From Chiloscyllium plagiosum (taxonomy: Eukaryota), in the NCBI RefSeq assembly GCF_004010195.1, contig NC_057759.1:1619069-1683068 (forward strand): DNA of 64,000 bases, given 5' to 3'. This document shows, piece by piece, positions 27,041 to 39,650 of the stretch. The number at the start of each line of letters is the position of its first letter. Position 1 is the stretch's first letter. The notes below the pieces were generated by a model that was given only the letters and a program-made list of their open reading frames with translations, had not been told where the DNA came from and did no database searches. The translations under genes were made by a program, and so were the position numbers.

Positions 27041-27900
27041 AGGAACAGCAACGTGGCGCTCAACTTCCCCAACCAGCACTACCCCACTAAACCCCCAGCG
27101 TGTTTTGCCCTTCAATAAGATCAGGGCTGATTGGCTGTCGGTCTTATATTCAATTTAATGCTCAATTTTTCATGGCCCTCAACTCTGACAGTTCAATATC
27201 AATCTTCTTTCAATACGTTCTGTGATCTCGCTCCCCTAACGCTCTGGAACAGAGACTTGGTGACGGTCGCTAACTTCTGTTGGAAGAAAATATTCCCTGC
27301 TCCTACATAATGACATATTGGTATGAACAAAGCAGGTGAACACAAGGACTCAGTAAGAGCAACTGGTTTGATAGCCAGGCATTATTTGCCAGAGGATGGT
27401 ATCAAGGAACCTGCCGAAAATGGTACTTAACAGAAATGAGTTGCAAACTCTTCATTAGTTAGAATCATGTATAGCCCAAGCAACGATATTTGTGTTTGGG
27501 AGACATCCACCTTCTCAGTACCAGGACATTTCGGCACAGTCATCTTCATCTGCTTCATAAATGTGTTTCCCCCATCACACGATCAGAAGTGGGGATGATC
27601 TCTCATAGTCACACAATGTTCAGATCAAACTGTCACATCTCAGCCACAAGGCATGCGTCCTTGTGCAGCATGACCTGGGCTACATTCAAGCTTCTGCTGC
27701 TAAAGTGTAGGTAATACTCATGTAGGAGTACTGCAGGACACTACACGTTGCCACAGTGAAAGAAAGAGGAGCTCATTCAGCCCGACAAGCTCACTTCATA
27801 GAAATATGAAGCCATTCAGCCCATCGAAACTATTTGGCAAGAAGAGAGATAGCCCACTCGGGCGCTCCAACCCTATTACAAAGAAAGAGCAGGAGGCTAA

Positions 27901-28521
27901 TGCTATGGAGCAGACTATACCCCTCAAAAATATTTTAAGAAGTTTGGCTTGACCCTATCTTTTTCTTATCTTAAAAGCAAGCAAAAAGTTGCTGTTTCAG
28001 ATGCATTGCAACTGTTAAAACTACACGAGGTGAGGCAAAACAATATATTTCAACACTTTAGCGAACGTATGACCAAAGAAACAGGAGGTACGAATAAATT
28101 AACTCTATTGTAAAACAACAGAATAATGAACGCACAAGTTATTACTAATTAACTGTTCCAACATAGTAGCATCTCATAAACACACCCTTTGGAAAACTTC
28201 AAATTCAAACACAGATTCGAAAATGCAATTCTCCGGTCGCAGAGGGAAAAAAAGAATCAAGAGAAAATTCATCGAGTAGCAGCCAGAATAAATTTACGAA
28301 GGTGTCTAACTCTGATAAGTTCCAGTTTCTCCTGATGTTATTGAAAAACACAAATCCAGAAATCTAAGCCTGTGAGAGTTGTCACAAGGTGCAATTAACC
28401 TAAAGCTTCCCAAGCTATTTACTCAAATAGTCTTAACGAGGCAGTTTGCTACCTCTCATTCAATTTCTTTCTTACAATAAACCAGGAAAAAATACCTTCT
28501 TAAAACTACAACATTGTCACA
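27901..28521 (-). mobile_element. Probable solo LTR
   Basis: About 620 bp bounded by TGCTAT...GTCACA, interrupting a run of AGGAG..CCATTCAGCCC repeats. Shares GTGTTTATG..TTGGAACAG with 37627-38150. No clear TSD. Confidence 0.4.
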
Positions 28522-29294
28522 CGAGTTAACACACCGAGCTGTTAAAAAGGAACCCATGATAGCCCAATCAGGCCCTTGGCCCTGACCACTCGGACGAAGA
28601 AAAAGCCATTCACGATTTCAATCCCTCACACAGGAGCAGGGGAGATAATTCATCCCCACGAATCACTTATATCGGGATAGAAAGAGGTAATTTATGATCC
28701 AACATAAACAAATGAAGCAGAGCTACGTAAACAGACTGGCCCTTCTTATTCCTTCTGCCCTCCATTGTTTGGGAAACACACATGGTTTTCCAGCAGTGAG
28801 GAGGGAAGTCAAATGCGTTGGGTGAAAACTCAGGGGACCATCTTCCATCTCTGAGATGACAGGCTGGTGTTCTCTATGAAGATCAGAAGCCAGTGCGAAT
28901 GGCTAATTGTTTCAGAAGGAAGGTATTGTGGTTGCTACCAGGATTGTGAACTTTACATTCAGTGCAGGTTCATACACTGATTGTGCATTGATGTGGAGAG
29001 AGTTCATTCAGAACCTGTACCTCTCTCTCTCTGTCAGACGCCATGCGGCTCGTAGAGACACGTGAATATTAGGTTTGCCCGACTTGAATGATGAATGGAT
29101 TCTTTAACTTCAAGTAATTCTGATCTTAATATGCTGATTTTCTTCAGTGTACGTCTTGTGTGGTGTAAATTACATGTGTTACTCTGTTCAAGTCTTGTTT
29201 TTATCTCATAAGGTGGACATCCTTGCTTACTATGTTGTCAGCACAGCTAACAAACAACGTTTTTCGCTGTATGTAGGTACACGTAACAGTTAAT

Positions 29295-30150
29295 CACAGA
29301 GAGTCATAGAGTCATAGAGATGTACAGCATGAAAACAAGCACATCTATCCAATCCGTCCACACCGTCCAGATATCCCAACTCAATCTCGCCCAACCTGCC
29401 AGCACCCGGCCCATATATCTCCAAACCCTTCCCATTCATATACCCAAACAAATGCCTTTTAAATGTTGTAATTGTACCAGCCTCTACCACTTTCTCTGGC
29501 AACTCATTCCGTACACGTACCACCCTCTGCGTGAAAACGTTGGCCCTGAGTTCTCTTTTATATCTTTCCCCTCTCACCCTAAATATATGCTCTCTCGTAC
29601 TGGACTCTAATCCCCAGCGAACAGACTTTGCCTATTTATCCACTCCATACCCATCATAATTTTGTAAACCTCGATAAGTTCAACCCTCAGCCTCCGACGC
29701 TCCAGGGAAAACAGCCCCAGCCCGTTCAGCCCTCCCTACTGCTCAGATCCTCCAACTCTGACGACATCCTTGTAAATCTTTATTGAATCCTTTCAAGTTT
29801 CACAATATCTTTCCGATAGGAAGGAGACCAAAATCGCACGCAGTATTCCAACAGTGGCCTAACCAATGTCCTGAACAGCCGTAACATGACCTCCCAACAT
29901 CTGAACTCAATACTCTGACCAATAAAAGAAAGCATACGAAACGCCTTCTTCACTATCCGATCTACCTCCGACTCCACTTTCAAGAAGCTACAGACCTGCA
30001 CTCCAAGATCTTTTTCTTCAACAACACTCCCTAGGACCTTACCATTAAGTGTATAACTCCTGCTAAAACTTCCTTTCCCAAAGTGCAGCACCTCACATTT
30101 ATCCGAATGAAGCTCCATCTGCCACTTCTCTGCCCATTGGCTCATCTGGC
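29295..30150 (-). mobile_element. CR1 (HER1-type) LINE 3' fragment
   Basis: WAEKWQMELHSDKCEVLHFG...LEYCVRFWSP, with a (GACTCT) tail. Confidence 0.92.
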
Positions 30151-30292
30151 CAAGATTCTCAAGGCTTCAAAATTGCAGGAAGTTGGCTTTACTTATGTAC
30201 TTGTATCATCTGCAATGAAGGATACCAAATCATTTAGTGTCCGAATGAATGTCACCCATGTATATAATATATCTGGTGAGTTATGATTCATA

Positions 30293-32278
30293 CGCCACAT
30301 GGTGGTTCAGTGGTTAGCACGGCTTCCTCATTCCACCAGGGACCTGGGTTTGAACAAAGAACAAAGAAAATTTGCATACCAGGAACAGGCCCTTCGGCCC
30401 TCCAAGTCTGAGCTGATCCAAATCTACTGTCATCCTATTCCTAAGCATCTGTATCCCTCTGCTCCACACCGACTCATGCATCTGTCCAGATGCATCTAAA
30501 ACGAATCAAACGTGTCTCCCTCTATCACCTTTGCTGGTAACGCGTTCCAAACGCCCACCAACCTCTGTGTAAAGTACTTGCCGCGTGTACTCCTCTTTAA
30601 ACTTTCCACCTTTCACTTTGAAAGTGTGACCTTTCGTTACTGAATCGTTCAACCTGGGAAAATGTTGTCTCTATCCACCTGTATATACACTTCATGATTT
30701 TGTAAACCTCAATCAGCACCCCCCCCCCCCCCCCATCTCCTTTTTTCTAACGAAAATAAACCTAACCTACTCAACATCTCTTCATAGCTAGCACTTTCCA
30801 TACTAGGCAACATCCTCGTCAACCTTCTCTGAATCCTCTCCAAAACGTCCCCCCTCCCCCCATCGCCTTTTTTCTAACGAAAATAAACCTAACCTACTCA
30901 ACATCTCTTCATAGCTAGCACTTTCCATTCTAGGCAACAGCCTCGTCAACCTTCTCTGAATCCTTTCCAAAACGCCCACATCCTTTTGGTAATGAGGCGA
31001 CCAGAATTGTACACAGTATTCTAAAGGCAGCAGAACCAATGTCTCGCACAACTTTAACATGACTTGCCTGTTTTTCTACTCAACACCCCGTCCAATGAAG
31101 GCAAGCATACTGTATTTTTTCTTGACCATTCTATCCACCTGTGCAGCCACCGTCACGGTTAAATGGACGTGTACTCCCAGATCTCTCTGCCCATCAAATG
31201 TCCACAAGGCTCTTCCGTTCATTGTATAATTCGCTCGAGAATTAGTCTTGCTTTCATGCATCACCTCACATTTGATTCCAGCCTGGGGCAACTCTCTGTC
31301 CGGAGTTTGTACATTCTCCTCGTGTCTGAGTGGGTTGCCTCCGGTTTCTTCGCATTCAGATAAATGCGAACTGCTGCAACTTGGGAAAGCAAATCTTCGC
31401 AGGACTTATACACTAGGGAGTGTTGCTGAACAAAGAGACCTGGGAGTGCAGGTTCATAGTTCCTTGAAAGTGGAGTCGAAGATAGATAGAAGGCGTTTGG
31501 TATGCTTTCCTTCATTGGTCAGAGTATTGAGTACAGGAGTTGGGAGGTCATGTTGCGGCTGTACAGGACATTGGTCTGGCCACTGTTGGAATATTGCGTG
31601 CAATTCCGGTCTCCTTCCTATCGGAAAGATGCTGTGTAACTTGAAAGGGTTCAGAAAAGATTTATAAGGATGTTTCCAGGGTTGGAGCATCTGAGCTGGA
31701 GCGGCTGAACAGGCTGCGGCTTTTTCCCTGCAGCGTCAGAGGCTGAGGGGTGGCCTTATAGAGGTTTACAAAATTACGAAGGGCATGGGTAGGATAAATA
31801 GGCAAAGTCTTTTCCATTAGGTCGGGGAGTCCAGAACTAGAGGGCATAGGTTTAGGGTGAGAGGGGTAAGATAAAGAAGAGTCCTAAGCAGCAACGTTTT
31901 CACACAGAGGGCAGTACATGTATGGAATGAGCTGCCAGAGAATGTGGTGGAGGCTAGTACAATTGCAACATTTAAGAGGTATTTGGATGGGTATATGAAT
32001 AGGAAGGGCTTGGAAGGATATGTGCTGGGTGCTGGCAGGTGGGACTTGATTGGGTTGGGATATCTGGTCGGCATGGATAGGTTGGACCGAATTGTCTGTT
32101 TCCATGCTGTACATCTCTATGACTCTATGCGCAGGTTAGGTGAATTGACCATGATATACAGGAATGTGGATGTTTGGTGCATTAATTAGGGGAATGGATC
32201 TAGGTGGGATTCTCTTTGGAGGGTCGCTGTGATTTTGTTGTGCTGAATTGCCTATTGCTACAATGTAGGGATTTTACG
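30293..32278 (+). mobile_element. HE1-type SINE split by two CR1 insertions (minus ~30354-31270; plus ~31355-32127)
   Basis: SINE head 30293-30353, middle 31271-31350 and 3' part 32127-32278 are collinear. TTTGA is repeated at both ends of the first insert. Confidence 0.8.
30725..30975. repeat. Tandem duplication (~127 bp x2) inside CR1
   Basis: TTTTTTCTAACGAAAATAAACC at 30741 and 30868. Confidence 0.9.
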
Positions 32279-33910
32279 TTGATCAAGGACATACCAGTCC
32301 TTTTGGACAACATTTTTTTTCCAATTCCACATTCAAATTACTTGTCTGACTTGAAAATTGCAAGAGTCCAAACACCGATACCTCATGAGTACAGCCTTCG
32401 ATCCAGAAAAGGGCACTGCTCTCTGCATTGTCCCATCAAATAATTCTGAATCTATGCCGTATATTCACCCCTTACACACGGACTTTCGTTCAACTGCCAA
32501 CAAACGTGTCAAATATATTCTACAAATTCAATATCACCACTCTCACTGATTCTCATTTGTGCATGCCTAAATTATCACAACTCTACAGATTTGTCAAAGG
32601 TAATTCCCCTTTCCTGAAACTATGATGACTCTACAAGTCATACAATAATTCCCCAAGTGTCTAGTTATCACATTCTTTATAAAAGACACTAGTATTTCAC
32701 TCAGCACTCACGTTATCCAGTATTTGGATTTTCTTTTTTTTTTGTTCCCCTCCCACTCCTGTTTCAAATGATTATGGATACACTCGTTACTTTCCATTTT
32801 GCAGGAATCAGAATTTTCAGAGTCCAAAGAATTTTGAAGGATATTCAAACAATTCTTTCTTGTATTTTCTACGCTTAAAAGATATTTGGATACGTACATG
32901 AACACAAAAAAGTTTGCTGGGTTCTGAGCCAACCACAGGCAGATGGGACTACGTTGATTTGGGATTATGATAAGCATGGATTGGTTGGACCGAGGGGTGT
33001 TTTTCCGTTCTGTCTGACTCACTAACTCTTAACCAGTTCTATTGCCACCAGTCTGAATACTCTGGGTTGGAGCTCATCTGGTGCGTCAACATAACAACTT
33101 TGAATTGAATTCGTTTATTTTGAGTAATTTCTCTAATAATTCTAATCTCCCAATTTCTCATTTGCACCAGTCACTCTGTCCCGTAGTTTTATGGAAGATT
33201 TTTTGTACCATCCTCTCTGGAGACAGAACTAACACATTTCCCTCAGCGGGCGGCAGAGATAACCACCGTCACGGAGTGAATACATTAAAGCAATGGACTT
33301 GGCAAATGATAGCCATGGCACCCACTCCTGCTTGGAAAGATCTAAAATCAAAACAGTTCAGTGAAACTGTCACATCATGGTCACTGAATGCACAGCCCTC
33401 TCCTTAGTGTGACCTTACAGATCATGCTTAAAAAGGTGACATAAACTTGTGACCATTGCATGTTAGGGTCAAACTGGCTACACACTGTGCCCCTGGTATA
33501 TGTCCAGGTAGAGACAATAATAAGTTTGCGATGAAACTATTTGTAACTGGAAGAGTACTCAGAAGAGAACTACAACTGTAAATGTGTGGACGATGATTTA
33601 TACAGAAACAGCACTGAGGCCGAAGTGAGGACTGGGGATATTATGCAGGTGGTAGTTGAGAGGTTTGGTGATAGAGAATATTGAGATATAAATCAGCTCA
33701 GGATCGAACATTGAGATATAAATCAAGTCATGGCAAAATGGGGCAATCGTGGTTATAAACATTTTTGTTCCTCCTCAGAGGTGTGTAAGTGAAGGTTTTG
33801 AAATTGAGGGAATAGGGATGGAGTTTGCCATTGCCAAATATCGATTACAGAAAGAACAATGGTTTTGATAATGGTTCAGAGAATTAACAAAATGACAGAG
33901 ATAGACTTAC

Positions 33911-34088
33911 CAGGAACACCCAAAATAGCGAGGATTGGATAGTAACCCGCCTGAATGATCATCAGTACACATTTTATCCGCCATGTTAACAATACCCAAT
34001 CGACAGAAAGCCAGACAAGACCAAAGGACAAACTCCTGCCCATTGTTGTAATATTCTGATCCATTACTCTGAGATTCTGATCCTTCAT
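33911..34088 (-). CDS. First coding exon of a GPR139/GPR142-like class A GPCR (N-terminus plus first half of TM1); rest of gene not seen
   Basis: Reads MKDQNLRVMDQNITTMGRS...IIQAGYYPILAILGVP(G). The YYP.L..LG.P motif matches TM1 of this family (human GPR139 YYSLLLCLGLPAN). A canonical phase-1 donor CCTG|GTAAGT at 33911/33910 falls where the family's single intron lies. N-glycosylation sequon NIT. Alternative ATGs at 34064 and 34043. Confidence 0.8.
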
Positions 34089-34166
34089 TGGAACATTCCG
34101 TTCAAATGCTCTCAGATTCGGATCCACTATTGGAACTTTCGAGCCTATGTTTCCCAGATGCTGATC
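34041..34166 (-). repeat. Degenerate 21-nt (7-codon) repeat x6 across the GPCR start
   Basis: DQHLGNI/GSKVPIV/DPNLRAF/ERNVPMK/DQNLRVM/DQNITTM in one open frame. Confidence 0.8.
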
Positions 34167-34252
34167 GTTCCCTCTCTCTGGAGCTGCCTATCCAAATCGT
34201 GTGGAAGATGATACACCACTGCTACAATGGAACAACACATTGAAAGAAACCC

Positions 34253-34333
34253 CTTATTAATAAGAGAGGGAAAACCTCCAGTGATAGTTGGGATCCAAGG
34301 AGACTGACATCACTCACAGTCACTGAACAAACA
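34253..34333 (-). promoter_or_regulatory. Putative core promoter of the GPCR gene
   Basis: TATA-like palindrome CTTATTAATAAG (34253-34264), CRE/AP-1-like TGACATCA (34305-34312) and forkhead-like TGTTTGTT (34326-34333), in apparently unique sequence 165-245 nt upstream of the ATG. Motif match only. Confidence 0.4.
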
Positions 34334-35039
34334 GGTCCAGGTAACCACTTTCACTACAAGGCTTTATATGTAACAACAATACATGATCTCTTTTGGATGT
34401 TCACATCGCCTGTTATTGGTCTTATCACGCATTCCCAATTATTCTGACAATGTTGGAAGTAAAGGAGAAAGGTGATGCGTTCTCTAGATCAATGATTCTG
34501 CTGTGTAATTCTCGTATAATGCTGTATGTAACAGCATTCCTAAGAGGAAATTGAGAAGTTGTTACGACACTGAAGTCTCCACTAACACCACAACTACCAA
34601 TTTATAAACTGTCTCTCATCCAACTGACCTAAACATGTACAAGAAATATGAATTTCTCTGGACTTTCCTCTCACTGCTCTAACAAGGCAACATATTATTT
34701 TTGACAATGCACTTCAACAATTTTGTTTCTAAAGCGGCAAACATTTTTTTTCACAGTTTATATGCCCTAAAGCCGTAAATTTTCTGACTGTTTGGGCTTT
34801 TCCCAAAAATAAATGGTCGATTTCCAATCAACTTCTTTGTTGAAGTAATATATTAGAGGGTCGGAGATTGAATGCTTGTGTTATTGGTAGAGAAACAGAA
34901 CTTAATAAGAGACAGTGGTTGTGGAGACTTCCCAGTCACCAAATTTCTATCAGCGACCAGCGTCACCCGAACCCGTGTCCCATCTCTCAAACCTCCCTCT
35001 TTCAGTTTAGAGCTATTGCTCACTTTTGTATGTAACACC

Positions 35040-36565
35040 ATTACAATTCAATAACCTAACTACAAAGACATGAGGGAGGAACTAGGCACAGCTAATTGTA
35101 AGGGAAGCTTAGCAAGGAAGACAGTGGCGCAGCAATGGCAAGGTTTCTCGGGATAATTCAGAGGCACAGCTGAATTCATTCCAAGGAAGAAGAAACATAA
35201 TCAGGAGAGGACAAGACAACGTGGTTGATAAGGGAAGTCATGGGCAGCATAAAGCCAAAAGAGAAAGCATGCAGTGTGGTGAAGATTCTTGCTAATGCAA
35301 AGGACTGAGATGCCTTTAAAAACCAGCAAAGTTTAACTAAAGAAAATCTAATAGGGAGGAGAAGATGAAATCTGATGGCCAGATCTTTAATATAAAGAGG
35401 ATTGCAAGATATTTACTGGATATGTAAGCACGTAATAGAGGGAGGCAGGAGCAAATGTGAGACTGCTTGAATATGAGGTGAGAGCAATAGTTATGGGGGG
35501 AAAAGCAGAGAAATTGAATAAGTACTTTGTATCAGTCCTCAGCGTGGAAGGTACCAGCAATATGCCAGAGGTGGAAGAGCATCAGTGGGCAGAGATGAGT
35601 GTAGTGTACATCACTAAGGAGAAGTAGCTGGGGAAACCGAAAGATTTGGAGGTCAAAAAATTACTCAGATCAGATGGACGACACCAAACATTTCTAAGGG
35701 GACAGCTGCCAAGATTGCGGAGGCATTGTTGGTGAATTTTATGATTCACTGGAGTCGGGGAAGTTCCCAAAGAACTGGAAAAGGTAACACACCGACTGAG
35801 GAGAGAGAGAAGCAGAAGACAGGAATTTATTGGTGGGCAGATAAGGTGTAATAATTGCGGAGAAGGCGTAGTGGATCCTCAGGTTTATAAATAGAGGTAT
35901 AGAGTATAAAAGAAGGAACTGACGCCACAACTTTACAAGTAATTGTTGAGACTATATTTGGAGTAGTATGTTCAGTTGTGGAAATTTACTGACTGAAGGA
36001 AAGAAAATAGAATATAGAACATTACAGAGTAGTACAGGCTGTTCAGCCCAAGATGTTGCGCCAATCTGTGCAACCAATCTGAAGTCCATCTAACCTACAC
36101 GATTCCATTTTCGTCACTATGTTTATCCCATAACGATTTAAATGTCCTCAAAGTTGATGAGTCTCGTACTGTTGCAGGCAGCGCGTTCCACGCCCCTATT
36201 ACGCTCTGAGTAAAAACAAAAACTAATTCTGCCATCTGTACTCTATCGACCACCTCTCAACTTAAAGCTACGTCCCTTAGTGCTAGCTAACTCCATCTGA
36301 AGAAAAAGGCTTTCACTGCCCATGCAATTTTACCCTCTGACTATCATATATGTCTCAATAAAGTCACCTCTTAGACTTCTTCAAACTCGCAAAAACAGAC
36401 AGTATTTCCTCATAAGACCATGCTCCATAACAGGCAATAACCCAGTAAATCTCCCCTGAACCCTTTCCAAAGCTTCCAAATTCTTTGCATAATGCGGTGA
36501 CCACCACTGTATGCAATATTCCAAGTGTGGCTGCACCAGAGTTTTGGACAGCTGCAGCATGGGGC
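35040..36565. mobile_element. CR1 fragments: plus (~35040-36000) and minus (~36005-36565)
   Basis: Plus linker LNKYFVSV-like segment; minus LVQPHLEYCIQWWSPHY. Confidence 0.7.
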
Positions 36566-37626
36566 TGTCAGTGGCTAACAACAGGTTGTTTGTGGTAGTA
36601 GCCCATGATTTTTGCCATTTCAACACCACACCGTGTTCCAAACTAACCAACATTTATATCTCATATTGTTGCTGCAATGGTTCAGCGCAATCTGGAAGAA
36701 CAGCATCTCATTTTCTGCTTGAGGACCCTGCAACGTTCTGGACTCAATATCGAGTTCAATGATGTTAGGTCCTGAACACCTTCTCCAGATGTTATTGGAC
36801 CCAAACGTTTAACACTGCTTCCCCTCCATAGATGCTGCCCGACCTGCTGAGTTTCGCCAGTACTTTGGATTTTGTTTCCGATTCCTAGCATCTTGTTTAG
36901 CTTTTCAAATTTTGGAACTAAAATCAATCCATCTGTCTGGCTGACTAAACAAACAGGCAGTGAGGAACACAAAACATTTGCAAAGTGGATGAGAAGCAGA
37001 GAAAAAGACAAATAATTGGAGTAAGGGACGGTGAGAGACAGAAACGAAAAGATACACGCAAAGGGAAATGGACATGTGGAATAAAGAGCTCAGACTCACT
37101 ATTCCACATCTCTCGATGAACTTTCACAATTTCCCTGGGGGCATGACCCTGTGCTGACTGCTTCAGGCTGATTGATTGTGTGTGAATGCCTGTGACTGTG
37201 TATATGTTTTCCTGCCTGTGCGTGTACACGTGAGTGTGTGCGTGTGTGTGTGCGCGTGTGCGCACGTGTGAGACAGACAGAGAGAGATAAAGATTGAGGG
37301 GCATCCTTGATTATCAGAACTGGAATTCAAAAATTCCTCACACTCTCTCACACACACAGAAACTGACCACTATTTTTCTTACTTAAAACAGCCAATGTTC
37401 GAAATTACAGCAGGTCAGGCAGCATCCATGGAGAGAGAACAAGTTAATATTTCGAGTCGAGATGAGTCTTCATCAAAACTAATGAAGTGTGGAGGGAACA
37501 GCATTTATGTTATAGTTTGGAAGGGGTTTCTGGGGGTAGTGGGAGAAGAGTGCAAGTGGAGAAAATACGTTGTAGTTTAGGTTAAGTGATTGGAATGCGA
37601 GAATGTCATGACAATGGATTATATCT

Positions 37627-38150
37627 TGTGATGGTGCAATCCTTGGCGTTTTTCAGAGACATCGTCAAAGTAACGATTACAAAATGTCAAGGCTTGAAGG
37701 TGTTAGCTAACAGACACTGCCTTAGTCAACAAGATTTTAATTTAAAGTTATAAATCACTTGTACAATGAAGGTGTGTGTGTGGGGTGGGGGGGCAAGTGG
37801 AGAGGCGGGGTGGGTTCCCTTCTCTCAGCTGAGTTTTTCTCTGGTTTGTTTTGATATTAGTAAACAGTCGTTTTGAAGCTGCTGGATCCAAAGATGCAGG
37901 TCCATGTTTTTGATCCTCCCTCTCTCTCTGACATCTCTCCTGTGAAAATCTGTGTTTGATTTTACGCTTTATGCCAAGCGGTGTTTATGGGAACTGTTGC
38001 AAGTGTTTGGAACAGCATCATTAAGGGGGAATAATCTGATGGATTTTTGGATAGGTTAAGTAATTCTATGTTATGTTCGCTTTTATTTGAGTTTCATTCA
38101 GTAATCCTGTAGGTCACATTGGGTGCAGGGAATGGAACACCACAAGTTTG
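37627..38150 (+). mobile_element. Probable LTR fragment
   Basis: Starts TGTGAT and is related to 27901-28521. The 3' end is unclear. Confidence 0.35.
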
Positions 38151-38948
38151 AAAATGCTGCATGCAACAGAAAGAGAAACCTTTTGGCCCAAACTCGTCCA
38201 TGCCGATCAAAACGTCCATCCGTGCTAACCCCATTTCCCTGCACATGGCCCATATGCTTCAAAACCTTTCCTATCCATGTATTTGTCCAAATGCCTTTTA
38301 CGTGTTGCTAAGGAACCCGCTTCAACCATTCCTAGTGGCAGTTCATTCCATGTGCATACCACCCTCTATGTATAAAAGTTGCTCCTCAGTTTCTTTTATA
38401 CTCTTTCCCCTCTTGACTTAAACACATACCCTGTAGTCATCGATTCCCCAACCCTGGAAAAAAGGCTGAGTGCATTCACCATGTCCATTCCTCTCAAGAT
38501 CTTATACAATTCTGTAAGCTAACCCCTCATTCTCCAAAATTCTGAAGGGAAAAAGCATCCTAGCTTATCCAACGTGTTCCCAATAAATCAGACTTTTGTG
38601 TCCTGGTAACATACTTATAAATTTCGTCTGGATCTTTCCAGTTGAAAAACAACCTTCCTACGTGCATTATACGTTTGAAAATAGGCTTAATGCGCAGTTT
38701 ATTGGAAGATGCATTTTGCACTCATCAAAGGAGTGGCCAAACTATATGGTCCACCACAACAGGGAGTGATAGTGGGAGAGAGTAGTGAGGGAGGGACTGG
38801 GCAACACAAATGGACCTCCAAACCATGGGATTGCTGATGGTCACGTCACTGAGTGAGGGAACGGGACAGTCAAAACAGATTTCGATGATGAGAGAAGACA
38901 GTGCGTAAAGGAGCTGGATCTCCACAAATGGGGATAGTGGCGATGGCA

Positions 38949-39183
38949 GACGTCGAGTGAGGGAATAGTGTATTCCAATGGGACCTCCACAGAGGGAGTG
39001 ATTATGAGGAGGAAACTGAGTGACGGAGTCGGACATCAACAGGACGGGGCAGTGCTGATGGAGGACGACGACGTCGAGTGAGGGAATAGTGTATTCCAAT
39101 GGGACCTCCACAGAGGGAGTGATTATGAGGAGTGACGGAGTCGGACATCAACAGGACGGGGCAGTGCTGATGGAGGACGACGA
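38949..39183. repeat. Tandem repeat (121 bp x2, second copy with a 9-nt deletion) within a purine-rich degenerate array from ~38745
   Basis: GACGTCGAGTGAGGGAATAGTG at 38949 and 39070. GAGTGAGGGA and GGA(C/T)CTCCA motifs recur upstream. Confidence 0.9.
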
Positions 39184-39449
39184 TAGAGGGAGCTGAACAT
39201 CATCAACATGGAATAACGTTGAGGCGTGGCCAGGGAATATGTCAAAGCAGATTTCTTGTAGGGTTCCCTCCATTCAGTTTTAATGTATTGCATTCCACGA
39301 TTCAATGAAAAATTGTACAAGTGGAAAATTAACAGTTCACAGCTTCCACTACTCGATATCCCATTGACAATGCGGATGATGCAAGTTTACAACGGTCCAG
39401 ACATTGCGCAAGATCCGTGCTTGCTTCCCCTTTTAGAGTTCAAAACAAA

Positions 39450-39650
39450 ACAGTGAAGTCACCATAGCTTAGTGGACGATAGGGGCTGTTCTCTCATAAT
39501 ACAGAGAGATGACTGGTGATTTAATTTGAGCGTCACCACGCCTCAGACAAGGGGAGACGTTGAGAAGGAGAGTCTTTCACAGAAAGCCTCAACTTGTGCT
39601 GGCATTGAACCCACAGTCTTAGCATCACACCGCTGTCCTGCCGATTGATT
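39450..39650 (-). mobile_element. tRNA-derived SINE of a second family (related fragment at ~44340-44440)
   Basis: Minus-strand B box GGGTTCAAT followed by GAGG..GACTCTCCTTCTCAAC. The two copies share sequence. Confidence 0.55.

Noticed and set aside
27760..28680. Spaced CCATTCAGCCC-type repeats suggesting a CRISPR-like array
   Set aside because: The repeats are highly degenerate, resemble LINE tail sequence, and sit in a vertebrate context with no cas genes.
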